Origin: the human T2T-CHM13v2.0 reference genome, Homo sapiens
DNA: 64,000 bases
Assembly: GCF_009914755.1 (NCBI RefSeq)
Contig: NC_060945.1
Reading direction: 5' to 3' (one strand)
Positions 1 through 9,329 of this stretch are shown piece by piece (the stretch's first letter is position 1; every line of letters starts with the position of its first letter). Both the position numbers and the translations under genes were made by a program. The notes beneath the pieces are model-generated. The model worked only from the letters and a program-made list of their open reading frames with translations. It was not told the DNA's origin and searched no databases.

Positions 1-273
1 GCCATAGTGAGTGACTTCTTCTGAGATCTCATTTTTCAAAAGCATGTGGCACCTTCCCTCTCGTGCTCTCTTGTTCCTGCTCCCACCATGTGAGATGACT
101 CTCTGTCCCTTTTCTTTCTGCCATGACTGGAAGCTTTTCAAGGCCTCCCCTAAGCAGAAGCTGCTATGCTTGCCGTACAGCCTGCAGAACCATAAGCCAA
201 TTAAACCTCTTTTTAAAATAAATTACCAAGTCTCAGGAATTTTCTTATAGCACTGCAAGAATAAACTAATACA
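1..273 (+). mobile_element. 3' part of a MaLR LTR (MST/THE1-like)
   Basis: Typical MST 3' motifs (ctgccatga...cagcctgcagaacc...ccaattaaacctcttt...ttatagc) ending in the canonical 'ctaataca' at 273. Confidence 0.8.
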
Positions 274-1450
274 GTGAATATGGATGTGCAAATACTTCTT
301 TCAGGTATACATTGCATACTTTAAATAGATGCTCAGAAGTGGAATTACTGGGTCATACAGTAACTTTATTTTTAATTTTTGGAGGAACCTCCATACATTT
401 TTCAGGTGGCTGCATCACGTTTTTCCCACCAACAGTGTACAAGGGTTTCAATTTCTCTACATTGTTGACAATATATATTATTTTTTGTTTGCTTGATATT
501 GGCCATCTTAATACACAGTAATACCTCATTGTGGTTTTTCTTTACATTTTTCTAAAGATTAGAATTTTTTTTTCAATAATTGTGTATTTCATCTTTGGAG
601 AAACATTTTCATCTCTTGTCTATTAGTCATGTAACTTTTTGTTTTTTTTTTGGAGTTGTTCTGGATGTTATCTTCTGTCAAATATATGTATATTTTGGCT
701 TTTCTGCTGCTTAGGTGGGACTCTTACTAAAACTTTAATGTGGAGAGATAAATTTAATGTAGTCTTACTTTTCTGTGCTTTTGAATTTTTTGCTCATGTG
801 TTTGATGTTACATGCAAGAAAACATTGCTGGGATCAATGTCATAATCTTCCTATATTTTCTTCTAAAGATTGTATAATTATAATTCTTACATTTAAATAT
901 TTAACTCATTCAAGACAGTTTTTGTATATGATTCAGGGGAAGGATCCAACCTCAGTTTTTTCATATGGATATAGAGTTTTCCAACACCATCTATTGAAGA
1001 GACTGTCTTTCTCTTATTGTGTGGTTATAGCAACCTTGTTGAAGATCATTTGAACATATACACAGTGGTTGGTTTTTGAGTTCTGTGTTCTGTTCCATCA
1101 TCTATTTGTCTTCTGGCAAGTACCACACTGTTTTTATTTAGCTTTGTTATCTGTTCTAAAAACAGGAAACGTTGTGCCTGTAACTTTGTTCTTGTTTTCT
1201 AAGAATGTTTGGGCTATCAGTGGTCCTTTGAAATTCAATGTAAAAGTTAAGAATTGTAAAAAATACTTTTTCACAAAGTATTATTTTTATTTTCATTAGG
1301 CTTACGTTGAATTTGAATATCACTGTGTAGTATGGTCATTTAACAATATCAAATCAACTGACACAGATAAGAATATGTTCAAGAGTGTGTTGAGTTTCAC
1401 AGGTTTTTGGATTTGGCAATTTTGCTTCTGCTTTTGATTTCCAGTTTTAT
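274..1450 (-). mobile_element. Old L1 fragment (ORF2 3' region/3' UTR), antisense
   Basis: T-rich sequence with L1 antisense hallmarks (agaagtggaattactgggtcata, ggaacctccatac, ttcccaccaacagtgtacaagggtt, caccatctattgaagagactgtc). No intact ORF. Confidence 0.75.
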
Positions 1451-1489
1451 TACAGGTGGTATGAAAGGATGTGTTGTATAATTCAGTGT

Positions 1490-1613
1490 TGTATGATGAG
1501 AACTACGCTCAATACATTGATGACCAAATAATCTGTACAACAAACCTCCATGACAGAAGTTTGCCAGTATAAGAAACCTGCACATATACTCTGATCTTAA
1601 AGTTTAAAAAAAA
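1490..1613 (+). mobile_element. L1PA-type 3' end with poly(A) remnant
   Basis: aataatctgtacaacaaacctccatgaca...aacctgcacatatac...ttaaagtttaaaaaaaaa resembles an L1 3' terminus. Confidence 0.7.
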
Positions 1614-1649
1614 AGGGTGGGGGGGTTGTTTTGCATTCTAACAGGTTGT

Positions 1650-2187
1650 CCATGAAACAACAGTTACTCATTTTCTTCTCCACTTAACCCCGACACAGTT
1701 TAGTCTTCTTTCTGTTTCTATGAGTTTAACTACTTTAGGTATCTTACATAAGTGGAATTATATCGTTTCTGTCCTTTTGTGCCTGGGCTTCTTCCACATA
1801 AATAAAGCCTTAAAAATGTATCCTTATTGTGGATTTAACAAAATTTTCTGCTTTTAAGAAGCTGAGTAATATTTAATTATTTATATATTTGAAATTGTCT
1901 TTATTCATTTATTTATTAAGAAAAGTTCTTTTCACTTACTTGCTTTTGTAGATAATGCTACCGTGAATATGGATGTGTAAATTACTCTTCATTTGATAAT
2001 ATATGCAAGGGACTATTTGTGTTCTTTATTCTGTTTCACTGGTATTTTAAAATTGAGTTATAAAGTATTTCAATTACTATAACTTTATAATAGGTGTTTA
2101 AAATCAGGAGGTATGGTGCTTATGATGTTGTTTCTCTTTTTGACAGTTGTTCAGCACTTCTGGTCTCTTCAGTTCTGATATGATTTT
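1650..2187 (-). mobile_element. Degenerate L1M-like fragments
   Basis: tctgtttctatgagtttaactactttagg...ataagtggaattat are L1M antisense-type motifs. Confidence 0.55.
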
Positions 2188-2200
2188 AGGATTGCTTCTT

Positions 2201-2471
<271 letters not shown>

Positions 2472-2899
2472 AGGATTGCGTCTTATGTTAATGCGAAATA
2501 TGCATAGCTGTCATCCGAAGTATACCACCATTCCCTTCAGCACTCTACGTCAGAGGAGGCACGTCAGGGGAGACAAAATTCCTCTTCGGACAGTCCCTCA
2601 AAAGACAGGAATGTGGACATATATTCCACATTTCTCTTTGTCTCCTGAGGAAGAAGCATAGAGTTGGGAGTTTCTCCTGGATTGCACCATGCTGTATTGG
2701 GAGGAGGTCAGGCTGCGCTGGGCATATCTAATAAGCTTTTTCTTCTCTTCTACATGTTTTTGGCATTGTGCTCAACTGAAGTAGTACAAATTCTTAACTA
2801 TGTTCAGGAATTCTCACAAAGGCAATGTGATCAGCGTGGTGTTAAGTTCATATATCTTTGAAGAAACGAGGACCAGTGGTGTTTGTTTTTACGCTTTTC

Positions 2900-3125
2900 A
2901 TTTTAAATTTATATTTTATTTTTTATTTTAATTTTTGTGAGTACGTAGTACCTATATGTATCTATGGATTATATCACTGATTTTGATGAAGGCATGAAAT
3001 GCACAAAAATAACATCAGATAAATGGTTATTCATTGCCTCAACTATTTGTTCTTTATTTTACGAACAATCTAATAACATTCTTTTAGTTACTTAAAAATG
3101 TACAATTAAATTGCTTTGACTATAG
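2900..3125 (-). mobile_element. L1 (L1PB/L1MA-like) 3' end, antisense, truncated at the array edge
   Basis: T-rich tail followed by ...aaaatgtacaattaaattg...gactatagtcac, an L1 3'-UTR antisense motif. Confidence 0.65.
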
Positions 3126-3409
3126 TCACTCCCGACCAGAGAAAAACCCTGTAGACATTAGTCACTCCTCATTCTGTCTCAAACCCTCTCCCTGACCCTC
3201 AGCCCTAGGTAGCAACTACCTAGTGCGATCAATCCCATATGCATAGATTACCATATTGTGGACATTTCCTATAAGCGGAATTGCACAATAGGGGAGCTGT
3301 TATGACTGACATAACACGTAGCACAATATTTTCAAGATTCGTCCACATTGTAGGCTTACCCACAGGGGGAAACCATTTTATTGGGGGCTTTTAGTAACAC
3401 CGGTGTTTT

Positions 3410-3500
3410 CTCCTTCCTTACGTCCTTCTTTCCTTCCTTCTTTCCTTCCTTCCTTCCTTCCTTCCTGACTTCCTTCTTTCCTTCCCTCCTTCCTCCTATT
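3410..3500. repeat. (TTCC)n microsatellite, present in every unit with variable length
   Basis: Seen directly. Also at ~9715, 16050, 22380, 28710, 35040, 42540, 49975 and 57410. Confidence 0.95.
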
Positions 3501-3718
3501 TCTCTCTTACTCCTTCTGCCCTCTCTCTTTCCTATGCCTTAGGTGCATCCCACATTCTGCGTTTTTTTGGGGAAATCCTCGACAGGTGCAGGAAAATTGT
3601 GTTATTGTAACAATTTACCGTTATCTCTCTTTCACGGCTCTCCATCAGTTGTGAACATCTATTGGTTTATCCCAAGTCACTAAGCATATTTTCATTAGGT
3701 AAACCTGTTTTTCCTTCT

Positions 3719-3853
3719 ACAGCTGTTTCTGGAGTATAGGGTCGCATACTCATAAACCCAGTGTAACTCAGAAACGCATCTAATATTCCAGTAAACCCAT
3801 CATAACGTTGAAAAATCGTAAATCAAACCATCATAAGTCACGGTTTGTCCGTG
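3719..3853. mobile_element. Tigger3/Golem-like short DNA transposon remnant (one per unit)
   Basis: ataaacccagtgtaa...aaacccatcataacgttgaaaaatcgtaaatcaaaccatcataagtc resembles the Tigger3-family MITE consensus. Confidence 0.6.
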
Positions 3854-4229
3854 GATATGGGCGTCATCAATTCCATTGTATTCAGTAATGCTGTACACCA
3901 TTAACAATGGCAGACTGATTGGGAGTGGATATTGATAGCATTATAAAAGTCAGTTATTAGAGGGATACTTCTTTAACCTGACTGAAGAACTGATCTAATG
4001 GCTTTAGTACAGTGCATGATTATGTGCGATGTTTTGAGACAGAGTAGTACATTTGTGAATGAAATTTTATGGCTTTTTTTTCACTTAGTAGGAACCATTG
4101 TGTGTGGAAAAGTGAGAAAATGGCTTTCTGCTGTAGGGTCTGGCATTCATTGTAGATGTAAGCTTATTTTTCTGTGAGCAAATCTTATTCAATAAAATAC
4201 TACTCTTTATACTAAAAAACAAAAACAGT

Positions 4230-4570
4230 GGCGATGTGTGGTCATTATCCTCAGCAAACTTATCCAGGGAAAGAAAACCAAACGCCACAACTCACTTATA
4301 ATGGGAGCTGAAAAATGAGATCCCATGGACACAGGAAGGGGAACAACACACACTGGGGCCTTCCGGGAGACAGAGCGTTAAGAAAAACAGCTACTGCATG
4401 CTGGGCCTAATACCTAGGTGATGGGTTGACAGGTGCAGCAAACCACCATGGCACACGTTTACCTTAGTAACAAATCTGCACATCCTGCACATATACCCCA
4501 GAACTTAGGAACGAAATGAAACAAAAGACAACGAAAAAGCAACAGCAAAACGCTAAAGGCAAAATAAAGT
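4230..4570 (+). mobile_element. L1PA 3' end with decayed A-tail (one per unit)
   Basis: cattatcctcagcaaact...catggacacagg-aggggaacaacacacactggggcc...ctaggtgatgggttgacaggtgcagcaaaccaccatggcacacg...ccccagaactta, then an A-rich tail. Confidence 0.9.
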
Positions 4571-4699
4571 TTCAAACTGAGAAAGTGACAGACCAACGTC
4601 TGGTTCAAATCATGGTTCTCAACCCAGGTGCCATAAGGTCAGGATAAAGGATGTGATTACATATTGTCAATAAGACATGCAGCAAATGACCAGAATGAT

Positions 4700-5190
4700 T
4701 ATTCTCAACATATGTGTGTCTTCTAATTCAATGGTGACGCTATCTACCGGGACATAGCATTAGATTCCAAAGGGCCGAGTCCCGCCAGACAGGCCTCCCA
4801 CACTAATAACAATGGGAAGCCCTACGTTGCTTTACCTGTGCTTCTCAGCCACTGGCTATAAATCAGGTTGCCACCACTCCCAGATTTAGTTGCATTCATT
4901 TGCTGGAAGAGCTCACAGCACGCAGGGAAACACTTACATTTGCCGTTGTATTTTAGCGGACATTGCACAAAGTTCAGAAATAAATGTGGGGCCCGGCATG
5001 TGGGGAGGGGCGCACTACCTTCCAGGAAGTGTTATCCAGAAGCTCTCTGAACCCAGTCCTTTTGGGTTTTGATGGAGACCTCATTCTATAGGCATGATGG
5101 GTTAAACCATAAGCTATTGGTGATCAACTCCACATGGGGCTCTCCACCCTCCCTGGAAATTGGGGTTGAGGCTTTGCCATTCTCAGTCTG
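4700..5190 (-). mobile_element. MER21-like LTR fragment upstream of the promoter (one per unit)
   Basis: ggctataaat...gagctcacagcacgcagggaaacacttac and gaagctctctgaacccagtccttttgggtttt...attggtgatcaactc match MER21-family motifs. Strand is inferred. Confidence 0.65.
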
Positions 5191-5253
5191 ACTAAAAGAA
5201 TTTACCCAAACGGAATTTTAAAACAGATGAGCATAACTGGAATCTTAATTAGA

Positions 5254-5264
5254 TGATTGGATTA
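5254..5264 (-). promoter_or_regulatory. DUX4-type double-homeobox motif TAATCCAATCA (copies 1-6 only)
   Basis: TGATTGGATTA at 5254, 11588, 17909, 24238, 30571 and 36911. It reads TGACGGAATTA in type B units (e.g. 44382). Confidence 0.5.
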
Positions 5265-5726
5265 TCTGGAGCCACACCTTGATATTCCTAACCCGAGCAC
5301 CCTCATCCAACGAATGCTCCACCCAACTGGCTCCCAAGTCTCTACGTGGTTCCAGAGCAAAAGGATGTTGATACAACGCATATCTCCACCTTTTCTTCCA
5401 AGTCTTTTCGCTTACACGGAAAGACTTCTTCAACTGCCATGCATCAGGGTCAGGGGGAGGTCTTGTTACAACACAGATCTGCGGATCTCCGGCGTTTGAC
5501 AGTGGCAAGGATGCTGCTGGTGTCAAAACCACAACGTGGGAACCACAGAACCACTAGTGGGTTTTCAGTGTTTCAGTGCATACAATTCCTAATATTTCTG
5601 GCCAAGAAAACTTGTAAGTTCTTAGATTGTCCCAAAGGTGGCGCATGAAATCAAAGCAGGAGAACAGTTTCCTACGAGGTGTAGCCTGGGAAAGTTGGGG
5701 GTGACTGATGGAAAGGAGGAGTGAAG

Positions 5727-5796
5727 CTCCGCCCTTTCCGCTGCTAGGCTGCGCCCGAGGCTATTTAAACCCACCCTGGCTGGCCTGTACTCAGAT
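5727..5796 (+). promoter_or_regulatory. Core promoter: GC box (5727-5734), TATA-like TATTTAAA (5762-5769), Inr-like TCAGAT (5791-5796)
   Basis: 31-nt spacing from TATA to the Inr A, in a CpG-rich patch. Retained in all 9 units (TATA at 12096, 18417, 24746, 31079, 37419, 44890, 52326, 59762). Confidence 0.7.
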
Positions 5797-5917
5797 CTTC
5801 GCGGAGCGGATCAGCGGCAGGAGCGTTTGGCGGACTCTGCGTGGACTTGGAGCTCACAGCGTCTTGCGACTTGGAAGCGGGTTCAGAGGACAGGACAGAA
5901 CACTTGGGCAAGTGAAT

Positions 5918-5918
5918 C

Positions 5919-5953
<35 letters not shown>

Positions 5954-6071
5954 CATTGGTTGGTTGATTTCCATTTTCTTAAGGGGCACATACCTCACAC
6001 CGCACACACACAAACACACACACGCACACACACACGCACACGCACACACACGCACACACGCACACGCACAC
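5918..6071. repeat. (TCTG)n and (CA/CG)n microsatellites between promoter and ATG
   Basis: Seen directly. Lengths differ between units. Confidence 0.95.
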
Positions 6072-6132
6072 TCCTTCCTTCTGCGAGTTAGAACATTAGT
6101 AGGGGCCCCTGGGAGCTGCAGGTTTCCTAATC

Positions 6133-9114
6133 ATGTCTGCACCTAAGAACAGTAGGGTCTTGTCTGGCTCTTCTTATGAACGGTCCCCCAGCCCGGACTC
6201 CCCAAGGTACATGCGAACCTCACCCAGCTTCCCCCTCTCCCCTCTCAGAAACTCAGGCTTAAGGGGAAGCTCCTCACCAGGGATCCGGAGCTACCATTCA
6301 CCATCCCCTAGGGCTTCACCACACTCACCTCTGTCATCACCAGAATCCCACAAGCTCCCATTTCCCTGTCCTCACCGTGATGGGCAATCAACGAAACCAT
6401 TGGGCTCTCCCGTGTCCTCCTCTGAGGATTCTTCAGAGTCACCACGTTCATCCGTAATATACCACATGTTCTTACTGCCATCACCCAGCAGCTCACCCCC
6501 AGCTCTCGGGGGGTCTCCTGTGTCTCCCAGCTACTCTCCAAACAACCCCAGATTTCAGCTGCGGTCAGCCCCCCACACCCAGGAATCACCTACAAACTCA
6601 CGAGCCTCACTTTGCTCCACCCCCGTGTCTTTCATCTCTTCACCCCCAGGCCTCAGGGACTCTCCTGTGGCTCCCAGTTACTCTCCAGCCATCCCCAGGT
6701 TCCTGCGGGAGTCAGCCCCATGCGCCCAGGAGTCCCCCAGAGACTCACAGGTCTCGGGAGATTATGAGCGGTCCCCCAGCCCTGACTCCCCAAGATTCAT
6801 GCCTGCCTCACCCAGCTTCTCCCTCTCCCCTCCCAGAAACTCAGACCCAAGGGGCAGCTCCTCACCAGGGATGTGGAAGTGCTCTACATCATCCCACAGG
6901 GCTTCACCACTCTCACATCCGTCATCAACAGAATTCCACAACTTTACGTTTCCCTTTCCTAACCAAGCAGAACAGTCACTCATGTCATTGTGTTCTCCCG
7001 TGACCTCCTCTGGAGATTCTTCACAGTCACCTCATTCATCAATAATATACCATATGTTCTTACTGCCATCATCCAGCAGCTCACCCCCAGCCACCCATGA
7101 CTCTCCTGTCTGTCCCAGATACTCTCCAACTACGCCCAGATTTCAGCGGGAGTCTGTACCCCACACCCCAGAAACACCTACAAACTCACAGACCTCAGTG
7201 AGATCCTCGCCAGTCTCTCTGACGTCTTCACCCACAGCCCTTACGGACCCTCCAGTCTGTCCCAGCTACTCTCCAACCACGCCCACATTTCAGCGCGGGT
7301 CAGTTCCAGGAACCCAGGGATCACCACCAAGCCCACCGCTTTCACTGAGTTACTCCCCAGTCTCTAGCACGTCTTTATCTCCAACCCTCAGGGACTCGCC
7401 TGTCTGTCCCAGCTACTCTCCAAACACGCCCACACTTCAGCGGGAGTCCGTTGCAGGCACCCAGAAGTCACCACCAAACTCACCAATTTCACTGCGTTAC
7501 TCCCCAGTCTCTCTCATGTCTTCACCATCCCTCAGGGACTCTCCCGTCTGTCCCAGCTACTCTCCAACCACGCCCACATTTCAGCTGGAGTCAGTTCCAG
7601 GCACCCCGGAATCACCACCAAACTCACCAATTTCACTCAGTTACTCCTCAGTCTCTAGCACGTCTTTATCTCCAACCCTCAGGGACTCTCCTGTGTGTCC
7701 CAGCTACTCTCCAACCACGCCCACACTTCAGCGGGAGTCAGTTCCAGGCACCCAGGAATCACCACCAAACTCACCAATTTCACTCAATTACTCTCCAGTC
7801 TCTCTCGTGTCTTCACCAGCCCTCAGGGACTCTCCTGTCTGTCCCAGTTACTCTCCAACCACGCCCACATTTCAGCTGGAGTCAGTTCCAGGCACCCCGG
7901 AGTCACCACCAAACTCACCAGTTTCACTCAGTTACTCCCCGGTCTCTCTCATGTCTTCACCCCCAGCCCTCAGGGACTCTCCTGTGTGTCCCAGCTACTC
8001 TCCAACCATGCCCAGATTTCAGCGGGAGTCTGTTCCAGGCACCCATGTATCACCACCAAACTCAGCAGTTTCACTGAGTTACTCCCCAGTCTCTCTCATG
8101 TCTTCACCCCCACACCCCTGGGACTCTCCTGTCTGTCCCAGCTACTCTCCCACCACGCCCAGATTTCAGCGGGAGTCAGCCTCCCACACTCCGGAATCAG
8201 ATACAGACTCACAGACTTCACTGAGCTCCTCCCTGGTCTCTCTCAGGTCTTTGCCCTCATCCCACAGGGACTCTTGTGTCTCTTTCAGCTACTCTCAAAA
8301 CTTCTCTAGATTCCAGCTGGAGTCAGTTCCAGGCACCCACGATACACCACCGAACTCACGAATTTCACTGACTTACTCCCCTGTCTCCCTCATGTTCTCA
8401 CCCCCAGCCCTCAGGGACTCTTCTGTCTCTCTCAGCTACTCTCCAACCATCTCCAGATTTCACCTGGAGTCAGCTTCCCACACCCTGGAATCACCTGCAA
8501 ACTCACGGACCTTACTGCAACCTTCCCCCATTTCTTTCACCTCTTCATCCCCTGCCTTCAGGGACTCTCCTGGGTCTCCCAGCTTCTCTCCAGCCTTCCC
8601 CAGATTTCTGCCACAGCCAGCCCCAGGCACCCAGGACAACCCTAGACACTCACAGGCCTCACCAGACTATCTCCCTATGACCTGTACCTATACAGGGATG
8701 GCTCCCACGCATCCCTCAGTGACCCCAAACCCATCTCCACTTACACTCAGGCACTCCCAGGGCCTGACAGCTACTCCCCGTTATTGTCCTTCAGTTCGAA
8801 GCCCTGGCCAATCTACTAGCCCACATGACGCAGTTACCTGGCCATTTCTCCACGGTTCCCGGGAGGGCCCCACACCCAGCCGCACAAGAGCCCCTCCTGC
8901 ATTCCGTCCTCACACGCAGGCCTGTCCATCTACTTGCTACTGTCACACTCTTGCCAGCAGAAGAGGCCCCTGTAATGGCCGATATCACCACCCAGTCTAT
9001 CCTCACCCCACAGCTGTGCAGCGGGAAGCCCCTGCTGGCCCACGTGGCTGCCACAGCCCATGCTGGCACGACGCTCCAGCAGGTCGGCGTCCCTGCGGGC
9101 CAAACTACCGGTGA
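6133..9114 (+). CDS. Ser/Pro-rich Pol II CTD-like heptad-repeat protein, type A, copy 1 (993 aa)
   Basis: Uninterrupted 2982-nt ORF. First ATG after the predicted TSS, with A at -3. 13 YSP-type 48/49-aa units. Confidence 0.7.
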   Translation: MSAPKNSRVLSGSSYERSPSPDSPRYMRTSPSFPLSPLRNSGLRGSSSPGIRSYHSPSPRASPHSPLSSPESHKLPFPCPHRDGQSTKPLGSPVSSSEDSSESPRSSVIYHMFLLPSPSSSPPALGGSPVSPSYSPNNPRFQLRSAPHTQESPTNSRASLCSTPVSFISSPPGLRDSPVAPSYSPAIPRFLRESAPCAQESPRDSQVSGDYERSPSPDSPRFMPASPSFSLSPPRNSDPRGSSSPGMWKCSTSSHRASPLSHPSSTEFHNFTFPFPNQAEQSLMSLCSPVTSSGDSSQSPHSSIIYHMFLLPSSSSSPPATHDSPVCPRYSPTTPRFQRESVPHTPETPTNSQTSVRSSPVSLTSSPTALTDPPVCPSYSPTTPTFQRGSVPGTQGSPPSPPLSLSYSPVSSTSLSPTLRDSPVCPSYSPNTPTLQRESVAGTQKSPPNSPISLRYSPVSLMSSPSLRDSPVCPSYSPTTPTFQLESVPGTPESPPNSPISLSYSSVSSTSLSPTLRDSPVCPSYSPTTPTLQRESVPGTQESPPNSPISLNYSPVSLVSSPALRDSPVCPSYSPTTPTFQLESVPGTPESPPNSPVSLSYSPVSLMSSPPALRDSPVCPSYSPTMPRFQRESVPGTHVSPPNSAVSLSYSPVSLMSSPPHPWDSPVCPSYSPTTPRFQRESASHTPESDTDSQTSLSSSLVSLRSLPSSHRDSCVSFSYSQNFSRFQLESVPGTHDTPPNSRISLTYSPVSLMFSPPALRDSSVSLSYSPTISRFHLESASHTLESPANSRTLLQPSPISFTSSSPAFRDSPGSPSFSPAFPRFLPQPAPGTQDNPRHSQASPDYLPMTCTYTGMAPTHPSVTPNPSPLTLRHSQGLTATPRYCPSVRSPGQSTSPHDAVTWPFLHGSREGPTPSRTRAPPAFRPHTQACPSTCYCHTLASRRGPCNGRYHHPVYPHPTAVQREAPAGPRGCHSPCWHDAPAGRRPCGPNYR
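7099..8670 (+). repeat. Coding minisatellite of 144/147-bp units (11 contiguous in type A, 19 in type B)
   Basis: Recurrent cagggactctcc...cccagctactctccaaccacgccc. 144-bp spacing measured at 39349 to 39493. Confidence 0.95.
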
Positions 9115-9329
9115 CATGTCTAGCGTGACCCTCCTTCCTGGCTGTGACACTGTTGATGTGAACCCCAATTTCACATCTGTCATTTGTAAATAGGACCATT
9201 TTCCCTTTTCGCTCTCCCTTCCATTCACAGGGCTTTTCATTCTCTCTGTTACTGCCTCCGTTTCAGATATTTACTCACCTTTTTCTCTCTCACTATGTCT
9301 GCCGTGGGCTCCATGAGAGTGCGCCACAT

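Noticed and set aside
4868-6146. Recurrent 60-135-aa ORFs in each spacer (MERRSEAPP..., MVPEQKD..., MDYLEPH...)
   Set aside because: They recur only because the unit is duplicated, overlap LTR, promoter or microsatellite sequence, and vary in length or break between copies.
7099-8670. CRISPR-like array, or Alu origin of the recurring cccagctactc motif
   Set aside because: Eukaryotic DNA with contiguous repeats and no unique spacers. The 11-mer encodes PSYS and has no other Alu sequence around it.
6133-9114. Calling the ORF POLR2A/RPB1 or its processed pseudogene
   Set aside because: No polymerase catalytic domains and no consensus YSPTSPS run. Only register-level similarity, so homology is unproven.
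6133-9114. Mucin or extensin annotation
   Set aside because: No signal peptide, transmembrane segment or SEA/VWD domain. The repeats are SP/YSP-phased rather than PTS mucin type.
8791-9240. 149-aa antisense ORF and other antisense ORFs over the main CDS
   Set aside because: Shadow ORFs of a GC-rich coding region, with no antisense promoter or recognisable product.
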